Shown: positions 9,773 to 20,245 of the stretch, piece after piece
Layout of the letters: each line of letters opens with the position of its first letter
Position numbering within the stretch: position 1 is the first letter of the stretch
DNA from: a virus
DNA length: 64,000 bases
Direction: 5' to 3' (one strand)
Virus record (IMG/VR): IMGVR_UViG_3300031949_000008
Location: 1 to 64,000 of that record
Notes under the pieces: model-generated
What the model was told of the DNA's origin: nothing
Databases searched by the model: none
Seen by the model: only the letters and a program-made list of their open reading frames with translations
Position numbers and translations under genes: made by a program

Positions 9773-10059
9773 AAATTTTGGAAAATAAAAAGCAAACTAT
9801 TACTTATGATTATATACGTAAAAATTATAGAGATATAATAAAAACACTTCAGCCACATACTGAAGTTTTGATAGACATGTTTATATATAACGGACATTTT
9901 CCATTTTATCAACATATTATAGAAACTTGTAATACAATTTATGCCAAAATTATTGAAGTAAATATAGAGACTGGTATTTTATTAGAGTTTCCAGATAATA
10001 CTATAAAAGGACATTCAGGTAATCTCCAGGATGGGTCTTCTAATAAATGGTACGCCTGA
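9763..10059 (+). CDS. Leader-family protein (copy 5, MPLEILENK)
   Basis: AGGAGG RBS; shared N-terminus. Confidence 0.7.
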   Translation: MPLEILENKKQTITYDYIRKNYRDIIKTLQPHTEVLIDMFIYNGHFPFYQHIIETCNTIYAKIIEVNIETGILLEFPDNTIKGHSGNLQDGSSNKWYA

Positions 10060-10084
10060 TCTAAAATGGTGGATTTGAGGAATT

Positions 10085-10618
10085 ATGATTGAATTAGATT
10101 ATTTTTTATCTCTATATCTTAATATGAAAAGAAATATCTTACAAAATAAATTTCTACAATTGCCAAAAAGTAAACGTATATTTAATGAGCGTGTACATAA
10201 ACTTATAAATTTATTGAACACACTTCATGCAGATCCTATAGATTTCTTAAATTTTATGACGAAATATTATTCACCAATGAGAATAGTACCTACACCTGGA
10301 CATATGTTAAATGAAAAAGCTGTTAATAAATTTAGATATTATCAAAATTTAAAGAATAGATATATTTATGATGATTTTACAATAGATTCTGATAATGTAT
10401 TGTTACATTATACATTAGAAAATATCTCTTATCGAAAAGATTTCATATGCTCTGTTGATCAAGATATTCGTTTAAAATATATTATGTTTCTTTTAAATAA
10501 AAAAGAATATACATTTAAAGAAGAGGATAAGAAGAATATTGTATATGTTTATTGTAAATTAAAATTTCAAGGAAAACCGATACCAGAAAGAATAAAAGAA
10601 TTATATGAAAACATGTAG
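10085..10618 (+). CDS. Hypothetical protein
   Basis: GAGG RBS; ORF track. Confidence 0.6.
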   Translation: MIELDYFLSLYLNMKRNILQNKFLQLPKSKRIFNERVHKLINLLNTLHADPIDFLNFMTKYYSPMRIVPTPGHMLNEKAVNKFRYYQNLKNRYIYDDFTIDSDNVLLHYTLENISYRKDFICSVDQDIRLKYIMFLLNKKEYTFKEEDKKNIVYVYCKLKFQGKPIPERIKELYENM

Positions 10619-10654
10619 CAAATGTGTTCATAAACTTAAGGAGGAAACTATCTT

Positions 10655-11074
10655 ATGTTAATTCTTCAGTGTGATTTTTGTAATCAAATTATTACTAATT
10701 GTACTATAATAAAGTATATACGTTCAATATTTCAATTTTTACATTTTATTCCTTGTTTTATTATCACACGTGGAAATCCAAGAACGAATAGATTATATGC
10801 AACATATCATTTATGTGATGCTTGCTTTGGTAGAATAGAAGAACTTATGTTCAGAAATCCTAATACAATTGAGGAATTACGTCAGCAGTTAAATCAAATG
10901 CGGTTACAGACAGAAAGGCATAATATTCCTCAGCAAACCGGATTCCATCCCCCTCCACCACAATATCCAGAAGCAGAAGCAATTCCTGCTTGGGGGGTTG
11001 GCAATCCTCTTCGTTATCGTATTAATGCTGCATTAGATACAACAGAAGATGCGCCTGGAGTTAATAATGAGTAA
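10655..11074 (+). CDS. Hypothetical protein with CxxC pairs
   Basis: AGGAGG RBS; ORF track. Confidence 0.6.
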   Translation: MLILQCDFCNQIITNCTIIKYIRSIFQFLHFIPCFIITRGNPRTNRLYATYHLCDACFGRIEELMFRNPNTIEELRQQLNQMRLQTERHNIPQQTGFHPPPPQYPEAEAIPAWGVGNPLRYRINAALDTTEDAPGVNNE

Positions 11075-13775
11075 CGCTCTAGAATATGTATCATCAAAGC
11101 AACTACTATTCAAACTTGCGTATAGTAAAGATGGACATGAAATTATATTAAAATACTGTCCTTATTGTCATGATAATAATTTTCATGTATACCTTAACGA
11201 AAATACAGAAGTATTTTATTGCCATAAATGTCAAATAGGTGGAACATTATTAACTTTTAAAGAAAAACTTGGAGATTTAATGGCTCCTGTTTCATTTCAG
11301 GATTTGAATATTGATAAAGAAACTATACAATTAGCACCTGAACATTTATTACAAGTACAAGAAGCACATGATCGTCTATTACATGACAAAGAGACATTGT
11401 GGTATCTCTCCTCCCGGCGCTGGACACTGGAGGCTGTTCAGTATTTCAAGTTAGGATTATCAGAAGAAGAGGGAATTAAATGGCTTCATTATACAATTTT
11501 CTCTAATGGTAATCTTAAAAATGTTAAAATGAGGACTCTGCCTCCTGCTGAACGCAGATTTAAACGTCTGTTCGGTGGAGAGTCCTTACTATTTAATGTA
11601 GATATTTTATTAGAAAATCCTGAATATATTATCATTTGTGAAGGTGAAGCAGATGCAATATCTGTGTGGAGTAAGGGATTTCATAATGTCATTGGCGCAA
11701 CAGTAGGTGCAGGTGTAATTAAACCTGAATGGATAGACCAATTAGATAAATGTAAACAAATTATATTTGTATATGATAATGATGATGCTGGCCAAAATGG
11801 GGCACAGAAATTTGCTTCACGATTAGGAATAGAAAGGTGTAAAAATATCTTATTACCTAGTGGCTATAAAGATATTAATGAATATTTTATAGCAGGTAAA
11901 ACAGCACAAGATTTTCAAAAATTAATAGATAACGCTGAACCATTTGGTGTAGAAAACGTCTTATCATTAGGTAATATTATACGAAATACTATTCGTAAAT
12001 TGAATTCTGAAGATAGAGAAGATAGATTAGAATTACCCTGGAAAAATGTTAATCGACTTATCAATGGTTTTGAACCAGGTGATCTTATTGTTGTAGCAGC
12101 TAAACCAAAAGTAGGAAAATGTCTTGGTAAAGATACATCTGTATTAATGTATGATGGAACAAGTAAATTAGTACAAGATATAAGGGAAAATGATTTATTA
12201 ATGGGAGATGATTCAACACCACGAACTGTATTAGAAACTACACATGGATTGGATACATTATATAAAATATCATATAAAGGTGGATCATATGTTGTTAACA
12301 ATAATCATATATTATCTTTAATGTGGAGCAAGAATGTTTATTCTCGATATAGAAAACATGGAGATATTATTGATATATCAATAGACCAATATTTAAAATT
12401 AAATAAAACACAACAGATAAATTGGAAAGGATATAGAGTTAAAGTAGATTTTCATAAAAATAATCAGTTACCAATACCTCCACGTATGCTTGGTATTTGG
12501 TTAGGAGATGGGACATCTACTGCACCAAATATAACAAATATAAATATAGAGATAATAAATTACTGTAGAGATTATGCAGAAAGTATAAATATACCATTCA
12601 AAAAAACTTCAGCAAAATATGGTTGGAGTATTTCTAATAATAGGCAAGGAAATCATCAACATCGCCCAAATATATTTTTACAACATTTACAGAAACTGCA
12701 ATTAATTAATAATAAACATATACCATATATTTATAAAGTGACAGATAGAATAGGTAGACTTGAATTATTAGCAGGTTTGATTGATACTGATGGTAATATT
12801 TATAAGTATGGGTACGAAATAGTCAGTAAATTTGATACATTAGCAAATGATATAATATTTGTAGCACGATCTTTAGGATTTGTAGCCAATAAAAATATTC
12901 GATATATCAAACAGAAACCATATTATGTTATACATATTTCTGGCGAACATATTAATGATATTCCTGTATTAATAAAATATAAACAACGTACATATGAAAT
13001 ACGCACAAGAGATGCGTTAATCAATAGTATCCATATTACCAAACTGCCTATTGGAGAATATTTTGGGTTTGAATTAGATGGTAATGGTAGATTTTTATTA
13101 GGTGATTTTACTGTTACACACAATTCAAGTTTTGCATTTGATATGTTATATTATTTTTCTACACATGAAATACCATCTCTATTGTTCTCATTAGAAATGG
13201 CAACATGGAGAATATTACCTAGATTAGTTGCGTTACATAAACGTAAAGATTCTAGAGATTGTAATTCTGCTATAGTTTTAGCTGAAGCATATAAAGAATT
13301 GAACGATGTACCATTATATTTTGCCTATAAATATATGAAACCTAACTGGAATTTTGTTGCAGACACAGTTAGACATTCTGTACGTCACTATGGTATACGT
13401 TTTATGGTATTTGATAATCTACATTTTCTATGTAGATCGTTAACAAAACAAACAGAAGAGGTCTCAGTAATGAGTCAGAATTTTAAATTACTGGCTGAAG
13501 AATTGGCCTTACCTATTGTATTAATTGCCCGTCCAAGAAAAACAAATTCTAAAATTATTAGTGGTGAAGATCTAAAAAATTCTTCGGATATTGAAGGTGA
13601 TCTTGATATACTTATTACTCTTAGTCGTGAACGTAAAAAAAGTATAAGTGGTGAAGAAATCGAAGGAGCATTTGAATCACAGACATTAATAGATATACCA
13701 GCATGTCGTTATGCTCCAGGAGGTTCTACATATTTATATGCTAACGATGCTGAATGTAGATTTGATGAATTATAA
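11067..13775 (+). CDS. Bifunctional DNA primase/DnaB-like helicase, intein-containing
   Basis: CPYC/CHKC Zn finger, TOPRIM EGEAD and DNDDAG, Walker A AKPKVGK|S, FSLEM, FDNLH; start at 11067 (GGAG RBS) or 11049. Confidence 0.92.
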   Translation: MSNALEYVSSKQLLFKLAYSKDGHEIILKYCPYCHDNNFHVYLNENTEVFYCHKCQIGGTLLTFKEKLGDLMAPVSFQDLNIDKETIQLAPEHLLQVQEAHDRLLHDKETLWYLSSRRWTLEAVQYFKLGLSEEEGIKWLHYTIFSNGNLKNVKMRTLPPAERRFKRLFGGESLLFNVDILLENPEYIIICEGEADAISVWSKGFHNVIGATVGAGVIKPEWIDQLDKCKQIIFVYDNDDAGQNGAQKFASRLGIERCKNILLPSGYKDINEYFIAGKTAQDFQKLIDNAEPFGVENVLSLGNIIRNTIRKLNSEDREDRLELPWKNVNRLINGFEPGDLIVVAAKPKVGKCLGKDTSVLMYDGTSKLVQDIRENDLLMGDDSTPRTVLETTHGLDTLYKISYKGGSYVVNNNHILSLMWSKNVYSRYRKHGDIIDISIDQYLKLNKTQQINWKGYRVKVDFHKNNQLPIPPRMLGIWLGDGTSTAPNITNINIEIINYCRDYAESINIPFKKTSAKYGWSISNNRQGNHQHRPNIFLQHLQKLQLINNKHIPYIYKVTDRIGRLELLAGLIDTDGNIYKYGYEIVSKFDTLANDIIFVARSLGFVANKNIRYIKQKPYYVIHISGEHINDIPVLIKYKQRTYEIRTRDALINSIHITKLPIGEYFGFELDGNGRFLLGDFTVTHNSSFAFDMLYYFSTHEIPSLLFSLEMATWRILPRLVALHKRKDSRDCNSAIVLAEAYKELNDVPLYFAYKYMKPNWNFVADTVRHSVRHYGIRFMVFDNLHFLCRSLTKQTEEVSVMSQNFKLLAEELALPIVLIARPRKTNSKIISGEDLKNSSDIEGDLDILITLSRERKKSISGEEIEGAFESQTLIDIPACRYAPGGSTYLYANDAECRFDEL
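12120..13124 (+). mobile_element. Intein (335 aa) with LAGLIDADG endonuclease in the helicase Walker A
   Basis: Starts CLGKDT, ends VTHN followed by Ser; LGIWLGDG and LAGLIDTDG blocks. Confidence 0.92.
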
Positions 13776-13783
13776 GGAGAAAT

Positions 13784-13972
13784 ATGCCATTAGAAATCTT
13801 GATTAATCAGTCTAAACTATATCAATGCCCTAGAAAAGATAGATGTGATCAAAATTTTTCAGGTATAGGAAAAGGAACATGCAGACATACAAAACCACAT
13901 GAATTTATAATGTATGAATGTACATCTGATAATTGTAAAAATGCTTCTGGTGCGACATGTATAAGAATTTAA
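13784..13972 (+). CDS. Leader-family Cys-rich protein (copy 6, MPLEILIN)
   Basis: AAGGAG RBS; shared N-terminus; 6 Cys. Confidence 0.7.
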   Translation: MPLEILINQSKLYQCPRKDRCDQNFSGIGKGTCRHTKPHEFIMYECTSDNCKNASGATCIRI

Positions 13973-13982
13973 AGGAGAAGCA

Positions 13983-14123
13983 ATGCCATTAGAAATTTTA
14001 GAAAACAAAGAGTCAGAATGTTTTACACTATGTGCAGAAGATTTTTATAAAGAGGGAATTTTAGCCGGAAGCAAAGATAGTCAGACGATAATGGTATATA
14101 TAAAGGAGAAAAATACTATCTAA
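13983..14123 (+). CDS. Leader-family protein (copy 7, MPLEILENKESEC..., 46 aa)
   Basis: Manually translated; AAGGAG RBS; below the ORF-track cutoff. Confidence 0.65.
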   Translation: MPLEILENKESECFTLCAEDFYKEGILAGSKDSQTIMVYIKEKNTI

Positions 14124-14194
14124 TTGGTAGAGTAGAAAAGGGAGCAGCTCTTGCAGATGTTTTCTATACACTTAAGAAAATATAAAGGAGATAT

Positions 14195-14671
14195 ATGCTT
14201 AATATATTTTTACAAAAACGAATAGAACGAAAAGCGAAATGGGTAAATAGAAGATATCCAGGTTTATCTATGCAGGATTTAATACAGGAAGCAGGTGAAT
14301 TAATAGCCAAATTAAAACGCAAACATGGAGTAGCAATTACAATTCCTTATTTACTGACTGCAATTAGTTATCATTTTAATAATCTAATGCGACTTAACAA
14401 AACCGAAAGAGGATTACAATTTTATGATATAGATAGTTTGGCTAATCAATCTGATCAAGGTTCTTTACAAGCATTTGAGAATGTTGATAATAATATTGAT
14501 AGAGAAAGATTTATGAAATCTATTAAAGATAATAATCTATTAGAAGTTTTAAATAATCTATGTATTGGCGAATCTCCTGATGAGATAGCCGTAAAGAAAG
14601 GATGCTCTAAACGACAAATATATAGATATATTACCAATCTTAAACGACTTAGGAAGGAGTGGGAGAAATGA
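14195..14671 (+). CDS. Phage-encoded sigma-70/ECF-type RNA polymerase sigma factor
   Basis: Region 2 QDLIQEA; region 4 HTH GESPDEIAVKKGCSKRQIYRY. Confidence 0.8.
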   Translation: MLNIFLQKRIERKAKWVNRRYPGLSMQDLIQEAGELIAKLKRKHGVAITIPYLLTAISYHFNNLMRLNKTERGLQFYDIDSLANQSDQGSLQAFENVDNNIDRERFMKSIKDNNLLEVLNNLCIGESPDEIAVKKGCSKRQIYRYITNLKRLRKEWEK

Positions 14672-15007
14672 ATACAAGTTTATATATCATAGCTATAATA
14701 TTTTTCATCCTTGTAATTCTTGAGATCATTTTATTTAAACCATAGGAGTAGGAGAAATGAAAGCATGGAATGTTATACTTGTTACACGAGATGATGTAAC
14801 TTATGAAGAGATGGTTATACAACTAAAAGAAGATGAATGGGGTGTACTTGACATTAAAGAATTGGAAAAGGAGGAATAAAATGATAGGAAATGGTTGTGT
14901 GGACATATACATACAGCTTTTAAAGTAGCCAAAAATAAGACTGTCCTAAATGTGGGAGTAGATCAATGGAACTTCTATCCTATTAGTATAGAACAGGTAC
15001 GGAAGGA

Positions 15008-15235
15008 GTGGAAGAAATGAAACAGTTATTAATGATTGACCCATTTAAATATGACATTGAACAAATTATTCCTAATAATCATGGCTTGGCTATAAAAGTA
15101 ATGGAAATAATTGAAAAATATAATATCTTATTAGATTATATAAATTTACCTGAAGCAGAACATATTGCAAATACAGAAATAATTGAAAATCCTAATAATA
15201 GTGAAAATATGTTAAATACAATAGAGGAGGTTTAA
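15008..15235 (+). CDS. Hypothetical protein
   Basis: ORF track; AAGGAG RBS. Confidence 0.5.
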   Translation: MEEMKQLLMIDPFKYDIEQIIPNNHGLAIKVMEIIEKYNILLDYINLPEAEHIANTEIIENPNNSENMLNTIEEV

Positions 15236-15236
15236 T

Positions 15237-18200
15237 TTGACTGAATGCCAAGATTGTGATTTGTATCTAACTTGTATTCATCCTAATATTCCAGTAGAAG
15301 GCGATTCAGAAACTGCTGAAGTTCTCATTTGTGGCGAAGGCCCTGGTTCAGATGAAGATATAGCACAACGTCCATTCGTAGGAGATTGTGGGCGACTGTT
15401 ACGTAAAGCCATAAAATTAAATAAGATTATTAATATCTGTATTGTTAATACAGTTAGATGTCGCCCACCTAATAATGCTGATCCTACAATCAAACAGATT
15501 AGGGCATGTTTTCCTAAGACATTGGAATTAATAAAGAATATGCCTAATTTGAAATTAATTGTTCCAGTCGGTAATGTAAGTTTAAGAGCTTTCACTGGCA
15601 AACAGGGCATCACAAAAGCTTCTGGTACAGAAATAGAATGGAATAATATGAAAATGATGCCTCTTCTACATCCTGCTGCAATTCTTTATGATCACAGATA
15701 TCTAAAAGTTTTTAATGATCATGTGGCCAGAATTCCTAATATTTTAAATAAATCTGCAACTATTGATAATGATCGTGGACTTTATACAAGAATTAATACA
15801 TTAGATGATTGGAAAGAATTATATAGACATATTTTACGAAAGAGATATTTTACTTATGATTTAGAAACAACCGGCTTAAATCCATTTCAGGAAGATCAAC
15901 GAATAAAATTAATTACATTCTCTATCGAACCTCGTACTGCCACTGTTCTATCTATAGATCAATGGTGGGATACTGAAGATTGGACTTATATTTATCGTGA
16001 TCTTACTCAGATATTTGAAGATAAAACAATAGGTAAGATCGGAACTAATATCAAATATGATAATTTATGGATGAAAGTTATTTTGGATATAGATGTAAAG
16101 GGAACTATTGGAGATATTGCACTTTCACAATATACAATATTTCCTCATGTCTCAAATGATTTAAAGTCGATGGCTTGGCAATATTCAAATTTAGGTGACT
16201 ATTCTAAAATATTAGAAGGTGTACCTGTTCAAGATGCTGAAGGCCCTACACTTGAAAAATATTCCAGTATTGATTCAGATTTGACAAATAGAATTTATAT
16301 TATTCATAATAAGATGTTTGAAGATGAACCTATTTTATCTAATGCTTATAAAAATATTCTAATACCTGTATCTGATGTACTATGCAAAATGGAGTATAAT
16401 GGTATTAGAGTTAATCCACCACGTTTACATATTGCAAGACAGACGACCAAGAAAATCGTAGCAGAAACATTACATGATATAATGCGACATCCTACTATTA
16501 TAAAATATCAGAAAGATAAAGATATTGAATTTAATCCTAATTCTCATACACAATTAGGAGATATTTTCTATAGTAAAAAATATGAGAATCTTGAACCTAC
16601 TATTCTTACAAAGAAAGCAAAGAAACCTGCGACTTCACAAGAAGTTTTTAAGATATATAAAGATTCAAATGGATTAGCAAACCTCTTTTATACTTATTCA
16701 CGTTATCTTACAATGGATAAAACATTTGAAGAGATAAAAAATAATCTAACCATAGATCATAGAGTACATACCAACTATTGGATTTCCTCAACAAAATCAG
16801 GACGTAGTAGTTGTGTTTCAACTGATGCGGAGATATTAACTGCTTCTGGTTGGAAAAAATATAATGAAATTATAATTGGTGAATTAGTGTTAGGATATGA
16901 TATCCTTAAAAAAGAATTAAAACTTACACCACTTAATAATATACATATTGGAAAAGGTATACTAGGAACATTAGATTATATATATGGTAAAATACGTAAA
17001 GTAGGTACAAGATGTACACCAGAACATAAATGGCTAGTAGAAGATAAATTTATTACTGGATATATAGAAGCGCAAAATGCAGATAAAACTAAACAAGGTA
17101 CAGGAAGAACAAGAAATAATAGTTATAATTTAATATTACGATCAGAAAATCCAGCGTCATTTGGTGATGATAATGATTATATTAGAGCAGGAATTATTGG
17201 CTGGGCTTTAACAGATGGAGATATAAATAGTACATCAAAAGATAGATATTCTTTAGAAATAACTTTAGTTAAAGAGCAAAGTATAGCAGCAGTAAGAAAA
17301 TTACTTACTGAGGGGCATATACCCTTTACAGAAAGTTCTTATAGTTATAAACATAAAGAGCGTGGAGATAAAAAAACATCTTTTAAATTTAAAAATATAA
17401 AAAGGATAAGATTTTATATTGGTGTTGCTACTTTTTCTTCTATATGGTTGCATTATTTGACATATCAAAATTTGACATCATATGTGATTGCTTTATCATA
17501 TAAAGCAAGACAATATATGTGGGATGCTATGATGGAAGCAGATGGTGCAACAAAACAATTAGGAGGCCATAGTAAATACTATAGATTTGGGTCAGCCAAA
17601 TCTTCATCTATATTTAAGTCTGAAAATTGTGGAGATGGCTTTGCAGCACTATCTGTCCTTTTGGGGCATTTTGTTCATTATAGACAACGACAACGGAGTA
17701 AAAATCAGAAACCATTTATAGATTATGAAATTGCTACTGTTATAAAAAGACATGCAAAAAGATATAGTATCATAAATAATGAGCAGCAAGATGTATGGTG
17801 CCCAGAAACAGGGACTGGAAATTGGATTATAAAACAAGATGGATTTATAGGAATTACAGGAAATTCACGTGATCCTAATCTTCAAAAATTACCTAAAGGA
17901 GAGAAAGATTTAACAGGACTACGTGCAGCATTTATAGCAGATCCTGATCACTATCTAGTTGAGATGGATTTCGGGCTTCATGAGCTTCGTTGTATGGCAG
18001 AACAAGCTAATGATGATATAATGCGGGCTGCTCTAGCAAAAGATATCCATAAAGTTACTACTGCTGACATCTTACGCATTCCATTAGATCAAGTTACAGA
18101 TGATCAAAGGACCCGTATAGGTAAGAAGATAAACTTTAGCATCATATATCTTAAATCTGCATGGGGATTAGCCAGAGATTTAAAGATTTCAGAGAAAGAG

Positions 18201-18653
18201 GCCCAAAATTATCTTAATTCATTTTTCCTTACATATAGACAAACTAAGAAATATATTGACGATACGATCCAGTTTGTAAAAGAACATGGTTATATTTTAC
18301 TACGTTCTGGCTTTAAGAAATATTATCCAGCTGAAGAAGGATTAACAGATCATGAAATTAGATCTGCGTTTAATGCTACAATTCAAGGATTAGCTGGTCA
18401 TATTCTATTTATGGCATTAATTGAAATAGATAAGTTTCTTGTAGAGAATAATCTCAAATCATTTCTTACATTAGAAGTGCATGATTCAGTTGTAATAAAT
18501 CTACATAAAACAGAATTAAATATTATTCCTGATTTAGTAAATGTAATGATAAATGCAGTTTATAAATATATTCCTGATTGGAAAACCCCTTTAGTAGCTG
18601 ACGTGAAAATTGGTCTAGATTGGGGACATATGCAAAAATATGAGGTAAAATGA
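15237..18653 (+). CDS. polA: Family A DNA polymerase with N-terminal family-4 uracil-DNA glycosylase domain, 3'-5' exonuclease and intein
   Basis: UDG: CxxC, GEGPG, RPFVG, RCRPP, HPAA; exo YDLETTG; TKSGRSS|SRDPNLQ, motif A DFGLHELR, motif C EVHDS. Confidence 0.92.
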   Translation: MTECQDCDLYLTCIHPNIPVEGDSETAEVLICGEGPGSDEDIAQRPFVGDCGRLLRKAIKLNKIINICIVNTVRCRPPNNADPTIKQIRACFPKTLELIKNMPNLKLIVPVGNVSLRAFTGKQGITKASGTEIEWNNMKMMPLLHPAAILYDHRYLKVFNDHVARIPNILNKSATIDNDRGLYTRINTLDDWKELYRHILRKRYFTYDLETTGLNPFQEDQRIKLITFSIEPRTATVLSIDQWWDTEDWTYIYRDLTQIFEDKTIGKIGTNIKYDNLWMKVILDIDVKGTIGDIALSQYTIFPHVSNDLKSMAWQYSNLGDYSKILEGVPVQDAEGPTLEKYSSIDSDLTNRIYIIHNKMFEDEPILSNAYKNILIPVSDVLCKMEYNGIRVNPPRLHIARQTTKKIVAETLHDIMRHPTIIKYQKDKDIEFNPNSHTQLGDIFYSKKYENLEPTILTKKAKKPATSQEVFKIYKDSNGLANLFYTYSRYLTMDKTFEEIKNNLTIDHRVHTNYWISSTKSGRSSCVSTDAEILTASGWKKYNEIIIGELVLGYDILKKELKLTPLNNIHIGKGILGTLDYIYGKIRKVGTRCTPEHKWLVEDKFITGYIEAQNADKTKQGTGRTRNNSYNLILRSENPASFGDDNDYIRAGIIGWALTDGDINSTSKDRYSLEITLVKEQSIAAVRKLLTEGHIPFTESSYSYKHKERGDKKTSFKFKNIKRIRFYIGVATFSSIWLHYLTYQNLTSYVIALSYKARQYMWDAMMEADGATKQLGGHSKYYRFGSAKSSSIFKSENCGDGFAALSVLLGHFVHYRQRQRSKNQKPFIDYEIATVIKRHAKRYSIINNEQQDVWCPETGTGNWIIKQDGFIGITGNSRDPNLQKLPKGEKDLTGLRAAFIADPDHYLVEMDFGLHELRCMAEQANDDIMRAALAKDIHKVTTADILRIPLDQVTDDQRTRIGKKINFSIIYLKSAWGLARDLKISEKEAQNYLNSFFLTYRQTKKYIDDTIQFVKEHGYILLRSGFKKYYPAEEGLTDHEIRSAFNATIQGLAGHILFMALIEIDKFLVENNLKSFLTLEVHDSVVINLHKTELNIIPDLVNVMINAVYKYIPDWKTPLVADVKIGLDWGHMQKYEVK
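16812..17864 (+). mobile_element. Intein (351 aa) in DNA polymerase
   Basis: Starts CVSTDAEIL, TPEHKW block B, GWALTDG and MMEADG LAGLIDADG-like blocks, ends ITGN followed by Ser. Confidence 0.9.
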
Positions 18654-18984
18654 AAACTGAAGCTGAGAGAATAGCCGAATTTAAACCAACGGCCTGCTAC
18701 TGCTGTGTTAACGCAACTTTTGATGGTAAGACTTTAGAATGTATTTGTAATATAAAAGGTAATGTTGCACCAATGTCTGCTTGTAAAGATTTTATAAATA
18801 AAATTTAAGGAGGAGAATATGATTTGTCCATTGTTATGTATAGCATGGAATATTGAGCCAGATAATAATCTCAGAGATAATCTCAGAATAGAATGTATGA
18901 AAGAGAAATGTGGATGGTGGTGTATCGGTTGGCATCGCTGTGGAATGGCGTCGAATGGTTAACTAAATGATAGGAGGAAATATA

Positions 18985-19827
18985 ATGAAGTGGAGTTATA
19001 TTATAGGATTTTTCTTATCTATTTTTATCTTATGTACAGTAGCATTCTGTACAGCATTTGCTGGTGAAGTTTATATTGTAGTGCCTGGAGATACATTAAG
19101 CGAAATTGCCAATAGCTATAAGACAACATGGCAGAATTTACATAAGATAAATCCAGATATAAAAGATCCAAATTTAATATATCCAGGACAGAAAATTAAT
19201 GTTGGAACAGAAATGAAATTTCAAGATTATGTTAAACCCAAGGTTGTAAAACCTATGGATATGGATTTTAAGATTAAGAAATTAGCGAAGTTTATGTTTA
19301 ACAAATCAGAAATTCCTTATATCTCTCAAGAGGATCTGGAATTCAGGATGTTATCATTTCAGCATACTATCTTCGTAAATAAATTGTCCCATCTTTCAGA
19401 TCAACGAAAATTGACAGCTGCATTATATCATATGACGAGACAATATGAGATTTGGGAATATGCTAAAGCGATTGCTGGATATAAAGATGAAACATTATTT
19501 ATTACACTAGTGGGATTGGCATGGCAAGAATGTCATTTTGTACATCGAAAAGGAAAACATGGAGAAGTGACTTTCTATCAATTACTTCCTTCAACTGTAA
19601 AGGAAAGAAACAATACTGATGATGTAGGATTGATTAAATTAATTTATGAATTAGAAAATAATCCTGATTTTGCAACATATACAGCAGCAATAATGTTAAA
19701 TGAATATAAATATAACTGGGGATGTTGGAATAAACATCCAGAATATCCTAGTTGGGTAAAGAATAAGGTTGCAAGATTTAAACAATATTGGTCTGATGTC
19801 CAGAGAGAATGGAAACATGTAAACTAG
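18985..19827 (+). CDS. Secreted LysM protein with lysozyme/transglycosylase-like C-terminal domain
   Basis: Signal peptide ending AFA; LysM YIVVPGDTLSEIA...NLIYPGQKI; WQE...GEVTFYQL. Confidence 0.75.
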   Translation: MKWSYIIGFFLSIFILCTVAFCTAFAGEVYIVVPGDTLSEIANSYKTTWQNLHKINPDIKDPNLIYPGQKINVGTEMKFQDYVKPKVVKPMDMDFKIKKLAKFMFNKSEIPYISQEDLEFRMLSFQHTIFVNKLSHLSDQRKLTAALYHMTRQYEIWEYAKAIAGYKDETLFITLVGLAWQECHFVHRKGKHGEVTFYQLLPSTVKERNNTDDVGLIKLIYELENNPDFATYTAAIMLNEYKYNWGCWNKHPEYPSWVKNKVARFKQYWSDVQREWKHVN

Positions 19828-19835
19828 TATAAGAT

Positions 19836-19957
19836 AGGCCAATGGTAGTGAGAGTTGCTTAGCGCTGAGTAAACCCGCTGAGTAACCATAAACTGATGGG
19901 GAGCCATAACGTCCCATGCAGGGGAAGAAGGAAGCAAATTACCCTGCCCATTGGTCT
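19836..19957 (+). ncRNA. Candidate structured RNA (four-way junction)
   Basis: GC-elevated intergenic stretch with four hand-predicted stems, several with G-U pairs. Confidence 0.45.
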
Positions 19958-19978
19958 CATTATTGGAGGAGGAGAAGG

Positions 19979-20245
19979 ATGGACTGGAAATGGGTACTGC
20001 TTGAACTTTCATCAAGGGTGGCAAAAATCAAGGAGTTGGAGACTGAAGTCAAACGTCTAAATTCTCTCATTGATGGTTATGACACCATCAATGGAGAATT
20101 ATCACTAGCAAGGAGAAGGTTGGAGGATGGGATCAAGGAGCAAAAACTCATCAAAGAGAGAAAATATGCATATACTAGTGAATGGACACCAACACCAGAA
20201 GATCAAGAACTCTACAAATTAATTGAAGAAAAGGAGAAAACATGA
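19979..20245 (+). CDS. Coiled-coil hypothetical protein
   Basis: Strong GGAGGAGGAG RBS before ATG 19979 (more likely than 19916). Confidence 0.6.
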   Translation: MDWKWVLLELSSRVAKIKELETEVKRLNSLIDGYDTINGELSLARRRLEDGIKEQKLIKERKYAYTSEWTPTPEDQELYKLIEEKEKT

